This document shows positions 1 to 9,651 of a DNA stretch of 64,000 nucleotides, piece after piece. How positions within the stretch are numbered: the first letter of the stretch is position 1; each line of letters begins with the position of its first letter. The position numbers were made by a program, and so were the translations under genes. Origin of the DNA: a virus (Duplodnaviria; Caudoviricetes); the IMG/VR virus record IMGVR_UViG_3300015606_001334, positions 32,001 to 96,000 of that record; one strand, written 5' to 3'. Under the pieces are notes generated by a model, which did no database searches, had not been told where the DNA came from, and saw only the letters and a program-made list of their open reading frames with translations.

Positions 1-131
1 GTACCGTTTTCGTAAAGACGTTGCATCGAGCCAGAAATGTCCAGCGCGAACTTGACTTCACAGGTTACCTGGGGCAGCTTGCGCTTTTCCAGAACGATAC
101 CAACTTTTTTCTTCAACAGATCAATTGCCAT
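1..131 (-). CDS. vWA (TerF-associated type) domain protein, 5' part only; runs off window edge
   Basis: Manual translation MAIDLLKKKVGIVLEKRKLPQVTCEVKFALDISGSMQRLYENG with DxSGS MIDAS motif; SD AAGGAG upstream; next to TelA genes. Confidence 0.7.
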   Translation of the reverse strand, partial: MAIDLLKKKVGIVLEKRKLPQVTCEVKFALDISGSMQRLYENG

Positions 132-426
132 GAGTCATCTCCTTAAAAGTAATGGCGAAATCATTCAAATAAACATGCAGACGATTATCCCAACTTACCG
201 GAATTCCCTTCGTCCAGAGAGTATTCCATAGTGCCAAATATCCGTGGGTATCCAAGTATTTTTCGGCTTCATTCTTACTTAGGAAGTTTTGAGCGATACA
301 ATTAGAACCGAACAAAACTTTCCAACGACGTTCTTTGTGCGACTTTTCAGGTGGACCTTTATGATCAATCACCTTGATTTCGTACTCTTCAACGACGAAC
401 TTTCTTTCTAGCAGGAGGTTGTTCAC
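121..426 (-). CDS. hypothetical protein
   Basis: ORF track; packs into minus-strand operon. Confidence 0.55.
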   Translation of the reverse strand: MNNLLLERKFVVEEYEIKVIDHKGPPEKSHKERRWKVLFGSNCIAQNFLSKNEAEKYLDTHGYLALWNTLWTKGIPVSWDNRLHVYLNDFAITFKEMTHGN

Positions 427-682
427 TGTCGAGAGCTTCCTTACACGATTGCCAAAAACGTTGCTGCCAATTTTTAAGGTAGGTGTCCTTTGAAATTTTC
501 AACAACATACCAAGTCTAGATCTTTTTGCTGCACCTTCGGTGAAGAAAGCTGAAGAACCTATCAACTTCCTTTTTCCATTCACCAGAATCGCCCAAGACT
601 GTTTGTTAGTCCTAATTTCGGCATCAACTAGCTGAATTGGTCGCCAAGGGCGCAGCAAGTCGTATATGAAAACCCTGGTCAT
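389..682 (-). CDS. hypothetical protein
   Basis: ORF track; TAATG coupling to upstream telA. Confidence 0.65.
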   Translation of the reverse strand: MTRVFIYDLLRPWRPIQLVDAEIRTNKQSWAILVNGKRKLIGSSAFFTEGAAKRSRLGMLLKISKDTYLKNWQQRFWQSCKEALDSEQPPARKKVRR

Positions 683-1863
683 TACTTCGACTGAACAACC
701 AGCTTCTGATAGAGTTCTTTCTTCATCGTGCCGATCTGGGCAGACATTTGCTTGCGGTGTGCTTCACCTTCAGATTCGATCTTCTTCATTTCTTCGAAGG
801 TCGAAATTAGGGTATTCTGCATGTGCTGCAAAGATTCGATATCGATAATGCTGCGCTGATTTGCCTTCGCCACTTGTACGGAGGTTTGACCAAGTTGATC
901 AGCATTTGCCTTGTAGAAATCGTTGGTTGCATTGTCCATAAAATCTGCCAGATTGGCGGCCTTTTTGCTTTCGTCGAGAGAAACAGCCAAAACGAATTGC
1001 TTCTTCCAGGCAGGAATTGTGAGGCCCTTGGCGTTAATGAACTTCTCAATCAACATCTGGTTGTTGGACTGGATCATCCGAATTTCAGGCATAGATTGAA
1101 CCGCCATCATTTGAACTGCTTCAAGATCGGAAATCCGCTTAGAGAAGCGAGCGATTGACGACTGCCAGTCAGCATAACTTTGCGCGACGAGAGGATCGCT
1201 GATTTTGCCAGTGATCACTGCCTCATTACGTTGAGATTCAAATTGGGCCTGCTGATCTTCAAGAAACACTTTACCGTCCTTGATCAGTTTATCAAGCTCC
1301 TGATATTCTGCCATGTTGTGATCGTACAACTGATCAAGCAGACGAATTCTCTTCGACAGAGCCTCATTGGTCGAATCAAGCTCGACAACAACCTTGTCGA
1401 TCTGATCCTTCAAAGAGTTGAATTTCGCAACGAACTTGTCACGACGTTTGTTGAACGAATCAATCAAACCGCCGATTAGCGGAATCTTGGAAGCAGTGCC
1501 GTTGAGTTCCGAAACATTCAGTTCCTTGGCAATCGAAACGATCGAAACCAGCTTATCACCGACTTGACCAGTCGCCGAAGTCTTCACATACTCGAGAACC
1601 TCATCAGCAAACTTGGCGACGTTATCTTGGGCAGAAGCACCGTAGTTAGAAACTGCAGTAGGATTCTTGATATCGAAATTTGCCAAAGCCGTTGAAGTAG
1701 AACGTTGGCCTCGACCGATAGATTGAGCCGGAGTAATTTGGCCAACAGACTGTTGAACTTGGATATTTTGCTGAACAGCGGAAGCCATTTCGGCTACTTG
1801 AGCAGGCTTCACTGAAGAAATTTCAGCTTGGATCGGCTTCGGAGAAAAGAGAGGTTTCGTCAT
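682..1863 (-). CDS. telA: toxic anion resistance protein TelA/KlaA family
   Basis: Coiled-coil protein with YGA..Q, 'IRMIQSNNQMLIEK' and 'TIPAWKKQ' TelA signatures. Confidence 0.85.
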   Translation of the reverse strand: MTKPLFSPKPIQAEISSVKPAQVAEMASAVQQNIQVQQSVGQITPAQSIGRGQRSTSTALANFDIKNPTAVSNYGASAQDNVAKFADEVLEYVKTSATGQVGDKLVSIVSIAKELNVSELNGTASKIPLIGGLIDSFNKRRDKFVAKFNSLKDQIDKVVVELDSTNEALSKRIRLLDQLYDHNMAEYQELDKLIKDGKVFLEDQQAQFESQRNEAVITGKISDPLVAQSYADWQSSIARFSKRISDLEAVQMMAVQSMPEIRMIQSNNQMLIEKFINAKGLTIPAWKKQFVLAVSLDESKKAANLADFMDNATNDFYKANADQLGQTSVQVAKANQRSIIDIESLQHMQNTLISTFEEMKKIESEGEAHRKQMSAQIGTMKKELYQKLVVQSK

Positions 1864-1882
1864 GAATAAGCATCCTTAAAAG

Positions 1883-2986
1883 TTAAGCAGAGACTACTGC
1901 TTTGTCCGTCATTATATCACAAATACTCTGAGAAAGTAAATCTTTATTTTTCTGAACGCCATCAAAGTTGTTACCAGCGATTGCTGAAATCAAGCTTTGC
2001 TTCCACAATGGAATAAGGCTGGTCACCATGTTGTTCAAATTCTCAACCATCTTCACATTCGTCGTTTGAGTCATTCGAATTTGAGCGAGAGTCAATTCGT
2101 TCTGACCAACCGTCATTTCAAGGGTGTCGATTCGCTTAATGAAGCTATTGAAGATGTCAATTTCATCTCGAGCATTCTGTGAAACCATCATGTTGGTGCC
2201 GTTCAGCTGTTCTTCCAGCTTGGGCAGCTTGCGACGCTTGAACACCGAAATTCTGTCACGTCCAGCAGCAATCGCAAGGATTAGTTCTGAATGGTAACGT
2301 TTGCTACGATCCAGCAAATTATCCAACTTTGGGATCAAGTCAAGGAAGAACTTCACGTTAGCGTCGATTGATTTCGAAACCTTTTCGACTTCATCAATCG
2401 TCTCTCCAATCCGCTCAGACAGCGTCTTCTTCTTTTTGAAGACAGCAAAGAATCCTTCGTCAGGATCTTGAGCAGGATTGAAGTTGATGAGGAGCTTCAG
2501 CTTCGAAACATCAACAGAAACTCTCGCGTCAAATGTGTTTTCCTTGGCAAAATTCAGGATATCGTCGACGGCTTGAGCAAGCTTCTTGTTTAGCTCTTTA
2601 CCGTAATCGAGAACCGCAACCCGATCAGTGAGGTCAATTTCCTCAGAAAGATCTTTAATCTTCGCAATCTCAAAAGCAGAGAAATTAGGATAACGAGCAC
2701 GATCTTCCATGGTAATCTCAGCTTCCGAAGTATGTTTCGGTTTAAAAAGAGGTGCAGGAGTTTCGACCTTCTTCTTTTCAGCCGGCTTTTCTGTAACTAC
2801 CGGCGGAGTAAACACGCCCGGGGTTTTCTTTGCTGGCTGAAGATTGGATTCAAACAAAGCTTTGCCGCTCTTCGAATCAGAAACCGTAAACTTACCAACG
2901 AATTCTTTCGTAGCAGGTTGAGTTTTCGGCTCTTCTTTCTTAGGTGGCAAACTGTTTTGGTCGAATAGCGCTTTAGGCACGTACAT
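1883..2986 (-). CDS. TelA-like paralogue with low-complexity N-terminus
   Basis: 'LAQIRMTQTTN...LIPLWKQSL' matches the same TelA C-terminal motif. Confidence 0.7.
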   Translation of the reverse strand: MYVPKALFDQNSLPPKKEEPKTQPATKEFVGKFTVSDSKSGKALFESNLQPAKKTPGVFTPPVVTEKPAEKKKVETPAPLFKPKHTSEAEITMEDRARYPNFSAFEIAKIKDLSEEIDLTDRVAVLDYGKELNKKLAQAVDDILNFAKENTFDARVSVDVSKLKLLINFNPAQDPDEGFFAVFKKKKTLSERIGETIDEVEKVSKSIDANVKFFLDLIPKLDNLLDRSKRYHSELILAIAAGRDRISVFKRRKLPKLEEQLNGTNMMVSQNARDEIDIFNSFIKRIDTLEMTVGQNELTLAQIRMTQTTNVKMVENLNNMVTSLIPLWKQSLISAIAGNNFDGVQKNKDLLSQSICDIMTDKAVVSA

Positions 2987-3023
2987 CTCTCATAGCATCT
3001 TAAAAGTTGGTGCTATTATATCT

Positions 3024-3635
3024 TCATTTTCTGATCATGTAAACCATTACTTTGTTATTGATGAAATGAGAAGCAGATTCTTCTTTAGAATCAATCACAT
3101 AGTCATACTGATCTTTGTAACTGTCCCAATTCCCTTCCTTCAAAACCATATCCTTGACCCGAAGAAGGCTATTTTTCAAGACGTCAATTTCATTCAAAGA
3201 ACCCCAAGCCAAATCTTTTTTGGTTCGCTCTGCAAGACGGGTAAAGATCACTTCGTCTGGGCAGTCTAGATAAAACGAAAGGACTGAGATACCCCTCTTT
3301 GCTAGCATTTCCTTGTATGGCTGAAGACCATTCGGCGTAAGGATTACGCAGGGAATTTTACCTTCCTTCAATTTTCCATCTAGCTCAAACCTAGTTAGAC
3401 CATAAACTTGCCCACCATGAACGTTGTATTCAAGGAAAATGTCGTTGTTGATATAGTGCTCAGCTAAGCTTGACTGGATAAAATGATAGTCTTGACCTTC
3501 AGATTCTCCATCTCGTGGAGCTCTAGTTGTGGTGGTAACAAGCTTTGTGTAATTTTCGTTTTGAAGCATCTTGTTCAATGCATATGTTTTGCCTGAACAA
3601 GTTTTACCACTAATGACTACTACGAAGTTACTCAC
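3024..3635 (-). CDS. gmk: guanylate kinase-like NMP kinase
   Basis: P-loop GKTCSGKT; 'TTTTRAPRDGESEGQDYHF' guanylate kinase signature; YG motif. Confidence 0.85.
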   Translation of the reverse strand: MSNFVVVISGKTCSGKTYALNKMLQNENYTKLVTTTTRAPRDGESEGQDYHFIQSSLAEHYINNDIFLEYNVHGGQVYGLTRFELDGKLKEGKIPCVILTPNGLQPYKEMLAKRGISVLSFYLDCPDEVIFTRLAERTKKDLAWGSLNEIDVLKNSLLRVKDMVLKEGNWDSYKDQYDYVIDSKEESASHFINNKVMVYMIRK

Positions 3636-4075
3636 AATGGACTTCCTTTTCTTTGTTTTGTTTTGAATAGGTTCATTGCTTCAACATCTTCATCGCTAAG
3701 AACATCTCCAAGCTCTTTCTTGATCATCACCTTCATGAAGGCAATCGCCAGATTTGGGTGAGTGACTTCAATTTCAGGGAATGCCTGGAAGTAAAGGACG
3801 TAGTTGGAATCCTGATCCCACTTCAAGCCGATATTCTCAGAACGAAGCTCCCTTAGAATGGTGGTATCACTAAAGTCCTTATTGTATGCTCTATTACGGA
3901 AGCTACCATTTGAGTCATTTACTATAGAGACAGCAGTAAGTCCAACCTTACTCAACTTTAGTTCCGCTCGCCAGCAACAATATTCTGGAAAATAGTCGAA
4001 CCCAGAATATCCAGTAGCGTAATGGAAAGCTAGTTGGAGCTCAAAATCTTTTAAGAGCTCAACGGAAACTTTCAT
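3632..4075 (-). CDS. hypothetical protein
   Basis: ORF track, overlapping stop/start coupling. Confidence 0.65.
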   Translation of the reverse strand: MKVSVELLKDFELQLAFHYATGYSGFDYFPEYCCWRAELKLSKVGLTAVSIVNDSNGSFRNRAYNKDFSDTTILRELRSENIGLKWDQDSNYVLYFQAFPEIEVTHPNLAIAFMKVMIKKELGDVLSDEDVEAMNLFKTKQRKGSPL

Positions 4076-4647
4076 GCCATAGCTTCCTGAAAAATCTGAT
4101 CTGGAGTCTTGAAACCACCATTACCATTGCACACGTCAATCATGACTTTGTTAGGCATGGTAGACCGTTCGAAAGCTGCGATGAAGTCTTCTTGCTCTGA
4201 CTCTTTTGCAGAGAAATCGAAACTTAGACCATCATCTTGAATGAACGAAAAATCTGAGGTTGTAAGCAAGATCAGCTTGACATTTCTTGAATAACCTTTA
4301 GCCCAAGAATCCATACTACTAGTGAATTGGTTTTCCAGCTCAAACACATAATCGCCGCTATAGCCACGATATCGAGGTGCATAGAGCACTTCGCCAAGGT
4401 GGAACCGATCGAAGATCAAGCCGTCACAACAACGGAGCATATCAAAGCCTCGGGAAAACGAAATGTACTGATACTTACCAAGGGGCGGCAAGGTATGCAT
4501 AATTCCACCAAAGGTCGGATCATTGTAGTACTCGAGAGCCTTTGGCTTTTCGTAGTGAATTACTGTATGATACCCAAACTTTTCCTGAATGAGGCCGATT
4601 AAGGTACCTTTTCCAAGGCGGTCAACGCCTTCAATGATAAAATTCAT
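4072..4647 (-). CDS. thymidylate-kinase-like dNMP kinase
   Basis: IIEGVDRLGKGT P-loop and 'FDRFHLGEVLY' DR motif. Confidence 0.8.
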   Translation of the reverse strand: MNFIIEGVDRLGKGTLIGLIQEKFGYHTVIHYEKPKALEYYNDPTFGGIMHTLPPLGKYQYISFSRGFDMLRCCDGLIFDRFHLGEVLYAPRYRGYSGDYVFELENQFTSSMDSWAKGYSRNVKLILLTTSDFSFIQDDGLSFDFSAKESEQEDFIAAFERSTMPNKVMIDVCNGNGGFKTPDQIFQEAMA

Positions 4648-4677
4648 AAGTGCTTTCCTGAAAAGAGAATTATAACA

Positions 4678-6390
4678 TCATTCTCTGTTACTTGAAACTT
4701 CAAATTCGTCTCGCCAAACATTGAGCGGATTATTGAAGAGGCGTTGAGCATTGGCGTCTAGGATGTACGTAACTGCATAATCGTCAGCACTACGAACTGA
4801 ACGACCACCGCCTTGAACGATCTTCTGGATAGTGAGAAGATTGTAAATGTTTGGGTGCTTATCGAGAATGTACTTCATTCTCTTTTCAGCCAATGAAGGA
4901 TAAGGAGCCTTCACAATGATTTGATAACGACTGTGATCACCTGGAAGGTCAACACCCTCATAAATAGAAGGAGACAACATGATCTTCGGACCCTTGGACT
5001 TCTTGAACCGCTCGATCAACTCATCAGCCTTCATACCACGAGTATGTTCAAACACCTCAAGATTTTTCAGACCAATGGAGCGAACAGTCTTTGCCATTCT
5101 TTCAGTAACAACGAATGACGGTGTTAGAATGATCCCGTTCTCGGAGAATTCGCTCACATGAGTATTAACAATCAGTTTAACACTTTCACACAAGTTATTG
5201 ATTGTCTTTTCTTCTTGCATCGACTTATGGTTAAGACTTTGCGTGTTGAAGAACATAATGTGCTTATGCTCTTTCGGGAACGACGGAGCTACCTTGATGA
5301 ACTCTACCTTACTTGGGTCAAGCTTCAAAGTTTCAGTGATGTAGTCCTTTGAAATCGTGGCAGACATGAACAGGTTGTAATCCGAATGGACCAAAGTCTG
5401 CTCAAACATGGTACCAATAAAGATTGGCTTTACTGTGGCCTCAAGGGTATCCTTGTTGAATTCGAAAATATGCTCATAGTTGTAGACGAGTAGGTCATCA
5501 ACTTTGCACCCAAGACCGAAATACTTCTTAGCGAGCTTGGAATACTTGGTGTAGCGATTGATGTCATAGCCGGATTCGTCACAAAGTCGTTGAGCTTCGT
5601 CGAAGGCAGTGTGGTAGATAAAATTTAGAGTCTTAAGGTATTCCTTGTAGTTGGACTCATTGATCTTACCTGCTTCGAGATCTTGCTGGACAGCTTTGAG
5701 CTTCTTGAACATGTCAAGGTCACCGAGCTTTAGATTTTCAGCAAGCTCTTCGTAGAACTTCTTCAACCGCTCTTTCGAGAAGTAAATCGCATTGTGTTCG
5801 CAGAAGGCGTCATTGATAGTGTGAGCTTCATCCCAAATTACGATGTCACGCGATTCGAATACGTCAGCAAATTGACGATCAACAAAGTAGTAGCTGAAGT
5901 TGGTAATCACATTCTTTGAGTCATTCTTCATTCTCTTCAGAATTTGATACTCACACTTGTTGCAGTACTTCGACGTGATTTCAGTCAGTCCTTCCTTTCG
6001 GAATTTTTGGATTGCGCAATTCTCAGCAGAGACTTTGCCATCTTGCTCATCAGTCGACAGTGCAGCGCAAGTGTAATTGTTGGCGCCCTTCAATTGAAGG
6101 AAGCAATGATTGCCAAACTTTGAGAAAGTCTGGTAGTATTGCTTTGTCAAAGCATTGTTATGCATCAGAATTAGGGAAGCAAGTTTAGTTCCCTTCAACG
6201 CATTGATCACATCAGCAATCACTGCGCCAATGATCGATTTACCGGTACCTGTCGGTGCATTCAACACGACGTAAGGTTTCTGCTTATCGACAAATGCTAC
6301 GATTACGTCGTTGATGTAGGTTACTTGATTTTCTCTAGGAGTCATTTGAAGTTTTTCAAATGACTCCAAGATTTGTTTCTCATACTTCAT
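4678..6390 (-). CDS. DinG/Rad3-like SF2 helicase
   Basis: APTGTGKS, Cys cluster, [25 protein letters not shown] motifs. Confidence 0.85.
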   Translation of the reverse strand: MKYEKQILESFEKLQMTPRENQVTYINDVIVAFVDKQKPYVVLNAPTGTGKSIIGAVIADVINALKGTKLASLILMHNNALTKQYYQTFSKFGNHCFLQLKGANNYTCAALSTDEQDGKVSAENCAIQKFRKEGLTEITSKYCNKCEYQILKRMKNDSKNVITNFSYYFVDRQFADVFESRDIVIWDEAHTINDAFCEHNAIYFSKERLKKFYEELAENLKLGDLDMFKKLKAVQQDLEAGKINESNYKEYLKTLNFIYHTAFDEAQRLCDESGYDINRYTKYSKLAKKYFGLGCKVDDLLVYNYEHIFEFNKDTLEATVKPIFIGTMFEQTLVHSDYNLFMSATISKDYITETLKLDPSKVEFIKVAPSFPKEHKHIMFFNTQSLNHKSMQEEKTINNLCESVKLIVNTHVSEFSENGIILTPSFVVTERMAKTVRSIGLKNLEVFEHTRGMKADELIERFKKSKGPKIMLSPSIYEGVDLPGDHSRYQIIVKAPYPSLAEKRMKYILDKHPNIYNLLTIQKIVQGGGRSVRSADDYAVTYILDANAQRLFNNPLNVWRDEFEVSSNRE

Positions 6391-7612
6391 TCACTGCTTC
6401 CTTTTGGTTACGGACTAGCTTAGGTTTTGCACCCTTAGTCACGACCTTTTCGGAAACAATTACCTTTTCAACATCTTCCTCGTCGGGAATGCTAAACATC
6501 GTATCACGCAAACAGCGTTCAATAATTGCTCGTAGGCCTCGTGCGCCAGTCTTATTTTCGTATGCAAGCTTTGCGACTGCAGCGATCGCCTTCTCGTCGA
6601 ATTCGAGTTCGACACCATCAAGTTCGAGAAGAGCTTGGTATTGTTTCAGGATGGAATTTTTCGGTTCAGTCAAAACTTGGCTGAGGGCATGCTCGTCAAG
6701 TTCATCAAGGTGACAGATGACTGGGAAACGGCCAATGAATTCAGGGATAAGGCCAAATTCTTGAAGATCGTCAGGAGAGATGTCCTTCTTTTTCGCCTTA
6801 ACAGGTTTCTTCTTTTCAACATTGCTAGTGAAACCCATGGAAGGAGCAGAATCCTTTTCCACGATATCGTCAAGGCCTACAAAGGCACCTGCTGCAATAA
6901 ACAGGATGTTGGTTGTGTCGAGGAATTCTGCGGATGCGCCTGGAGTTTTACGACCTCCAGTCATTTGAACTCGAGCATTGGTGCCTTCAACGATTTTCAG
7001 TAGAGCTTGCTGAACGCCTTCACCAGATACGTCACGAGTAATCGATGGGCCTGAACCCTTCTTAGCGATCTTATCGATTTCGTCGATGAAGATGATACCA
7101 TGCTTTGCTTTTTCATGATCGCCATCTGCAGCAAGTAGCAAACGTTGAAGGATAGTTTCGACGTCATCACCCACATAACCAGCTTCAGTCAATGAAGTTG
7201 CGTCAGCAATCGTGAACGGAACATCCAAAAACTTGGCAATAGTTTGGGCAAGGAGGGTTTTACCTGTGCCGGTAGGACCTGCCAAAAGGATGTTCGCCTT
7301 TTGGATTTCTACTGGAGACTTCAAAACATTCTTCTTGTTGATTCGCTTGTAGTGGTTGTAGACCGCAAGAGCAAGAACTTTTTTGGCATCCGCCTGCCCA
7401 ACGATGAACTGGTCAAGATGGGCAACAAGTTCGCTTGGGGAGAATTTGCGATCGGTTTTCACATTCTTTTTATTCTCTTCACGTTCTTCTTCGTGAAGTA
7501 GAGAATGAGTCAATTCGACGCACTCGTTACAAATGAAGAAGTCTCCAGCTTTTAGGAGTTTTTTGACCTGTTCTTTGGTCTTCTCACACACAGAGCATTG
7601 TTGATGTGCCAT
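6380..7612 (-). CDS. clpX: ClpX ATP-dependent protease ATPase subunit
   Basis: N-terminal C4 zinc domain, [43 protein letters not shown] loop, TGARGLR. Confidence 0.95.
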   Translation of the reverse strand: MAHQQCSVCEKTKEQVKKLLKAGDFFICNECVELTHSLLHEEEREENKKNVKTDRKFSPSELVAHLDQFIVGQADAKKVLALAVYNHYKRINKKNVLKSPVEIQKANILLAGPTGTGKTLLAQTIAKFLDVPFTIADATSLTEAGYVGDDVETILQRLLLAADGDHEKAKHGIIFIDEIDKIAKKGSGPSITRDVSGEGVQQALLKIVEGTNARVQMTGGRKTPGASAEFLDTTNILFIAAGAFVGLDDIVEKDSAPSMGFTSNVEKKKPVKAKKKDISPDDLQEFGLIPEFIGRFPVICHLDELDEHALSQVLTEPKNSILKQYQALLELDGVELEFDEKAIAAVAKLAYENKTGARGLRAIIERCLRDTMFSIPDEEDVEKVIVSEKVVTKGAKPKLVRNQKEAVNEV

Positions 7613-7642
7613 CTTAGTCCTTCGTTTAACGTTTGGGATTTG

Positions 7643-8545
7643 TTACTTCTTGTTGCCAAAGAAAATCAGAATATTGGTCTTCCAATAGTTATTTAATTTT
7701 TGGAAGAATTCATTTTCTTCGATCTTTGCAGGATCCATATCCTGCATAATGCGCCAAGATTTTTCAAATTGGATAAGGTTTTCGACAGAATCCTTATCAA
7801 TTTCCATTGGCGGCATGTAGAACTCTTGAACGCAAGGATCCGCAATAACCTTCTTTGCTGCTTCGAAATGCAATTCATAAATGTGCATAGAAGCTGCGTT
7901 ATGGTAGTACTTGCCGAGCTCGAGTTCAGGATAGAATTCACGAAGCTCAAGCATTAGGAGTTCTTGAAGCATAGTGAATTGGAATTGATCGTTGCAATAT
8001 CCGCGCCAAATATCATTGGAACGCATGTTGACAATCAAATGGAGCTGATTTTTGCGAATGAAAAATTGGAGAGTCAGGGTGCACGGGACATCGTGATTTT
8101 GGTAGGTGTAGTCATCAGCATGGTTGATGCGAATGATTGCCTGGCGAGAATCCTTGTCTTTCTGGAGCAACTCCTTGACTTTGTTCCATTGATTGAACGG
8201 GTAAAGTTTGGAATGACCAAAAATTCGAGTACCATAGTTGGAATTTACCGTGCCATCTTCTTTGGCAATAGCTTCCCAAAACTTGGAGTACATGTTGATG
8301 TCTTGAACATTGGGCGAACCAGAAAGATACCAAATAAATTCGCCTAGGAGGTACTTCATACTGGTCTTGCGATCAGCGAAGGTGATTACACGGTTTCTCG
8401 GATTTTCAACCACGATTGAATAGTTGATGATTTCCTTGACCTTCTCCCCTCTTGGCTGTGTTTCCACTCCATACTCAAGAAGTTCTTTGACACATTCTTG
8501 AAATGAAGCGTTTAGCGTGGATACTGCTACCTGCGATTTTGCCAT
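7643..8545 (-). CDS. thymidylate synthase family; probably dCMP hydroxymethylase (T4 gp42-like)
   Basis: Catalytic PC; 'MRSNDIWRGYCND' has Asp at the position of ThyA Asn177; SMHIY. Confidence 0.75.
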   Translation of the reverse strand: MAKSQVAVSTLNASFQECVKELLEYGVETQPRGEKVKEIINYSIVVENPRNRVITFADRKTSMKYLLGEFIWYLSGSPNVQDINMYSKFWEAIAKEDGTVNSNYGTRIFGHSKLYPFNQWNKVKELLQKDKDSRQAIIRINHADDYTYQNHDVPCTLTLQFFIRKNQLHLIVNMRSNDIWRGYCNDQFQFTMLQELLMLELREFYPELELGKYYHNAASMHIYELHFEAAKKVIADPCVQEFYMPPMEIDKDSVENLIQFEKSWRIMQDMDPAKIEENEFFQKLNNYWKTNILIFFGNKK

Positions 8546-8592
8546 TTCTGAGCCTTTTTAGTTGTTTTGAGTGAAACACGGACGACTCATGA

Positions 8593-8622
8593 ATTGTATC
8601 ACACTTGGCAAAATTTGTAAAC
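8593..8622 (-). promoter_or_regulatory. T4-type early promoter (GTTTAC...TGnTACAAT)
   Basis: One of about 16 copies of the motif, found upstream of minus-strand operons. Confidence 0.75.
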
Positions 8623-8627
8623 TGTTT

Positions 8628-9524
8628 TCACAACTCCTTTGGCACTTCAAAGTTTGATTTTTTCAATTGTTCTTCTATTGCAGCCCGTACCTCTGAGAGC
8701 TTTTCTCCACTGTACTTTTTATGGATCTGTTTGGCAACATCTTCCGCAGTCATAATGTCTTCTGCGGATACCTTTGGTCCAAAGAAGAAGTGAGCAATCT
8801 CATCAGGTTTGTTGATAATATTTGGAGATTTTTCAAACTTACCAATTAGGTCAGCATTTATGTCCTTTAGCTCATGCTCAAGCTCGTCAGGAGAAACCTT
8901 CTCGAGCCCCTTGACTCTTCCTTCGCCATCCTTTCGCATCTTAGCTACCTTGAAGAGACGCTCAAGGCCTACATCAAGTTTCAGGCTTCTGGAAGCGCGA
9001 GCAATAATCTCATCATCAGAGTTCTTGAAGACGAAGTCCTTACCATCCTCTAGGATAAAGGTAGCTAGTGTCATGAGCATGATGTTTCTTACCGCTCCAG
9101 GGTACTTTGAGTCTTCGCCTTCAGTCGAGTAGTAAGTAAACTTCGCTAGATCCTCCGAGCTGACATACATCAAATCCACCTGGACCCTTTTGCCGCCAAC
9201 ATCTACAGCATAAGATCCGACTTTCGTGCCCGTATTATATAGCGCGCGGCCCTCTGTTAGCTGCTGCATGGCTTTATGGTAGTCCGGGAAAAATTTCTGA
9301 TTGATAGCGATATCGATATCTCCGGAAGAAGACTTCTTATTGTGATAAGTAAGTCGTGAAGTCCCGAGAAGATTCTTAGCTATTTCGGATTCTTTGACAC
9401 CAACTGCTTTAGCAACTAGTGACACAGCCATTTTCACGTCCTTTGGATAGGCACGAACGGTATCCCATTCAGCGGTAGCCTTACCGCCTTCTTTGATCAG
9501 AAATCGTTTGAATGATAGCTTCAT
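8628..9524 (-). CDS. Pol-beta-superfamily nucleotidyltransferase-like protein, probably virion-associated
   Basis: LG...SSGDIDIA and QVDLM catalytic-Asp motifs; N-terminus MKLSFKRFLIKE; late-promoter-like ATAAATA upstream. Confidence 0.6.
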   Translation of the reverse strand: MKLSFKRFLIKEGGKATAEWDTVRAYPKDVKMAVSLVAKAVGVKESEIAKNLLGTSRLTYHNKKSSSGDIDIAINQKFFPDYHKAMQQLTEGRALYNTGTKVGSYAVDVGGKRVQVDLMYVSSEDLAKFTYYSTEGEDSKYPGAVRNIMLMTLATFILEDGKDFVFKNSDDEIIARASRSLKLDVGLERLFKVAKMRKDGEGRVKGLEKVSPDELEHELKDINADLIGKFEKSPNIINKPDEIAHFFFGPKVSAEDIMTAEDVAKQIHKKYSGEKLSEVRAAIEEQLKKSNFEVPKEL

Positions 9525-9561
9525 TTATGAACTCGCTTTTTATTTGTTTATTTATCATCCC

Positions 9562-9569
9562 TATAAATA
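9562..9569 (+). promoter_or_regulatory. T4-type late promoter TATAAATA
   Basis: Exact consensus upstream of tail fibre gene; another copy at about 12309 upstream of the next structural gene. Confidence 0.75.
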
Positions 9570-9651
9570 TTATCAGATTTCTTACATAAGAAAAACTCTC
9601 GCTATATAGTGAATTCCAAGCACACAATCAAATTCTTTCGAAAGGATAACT

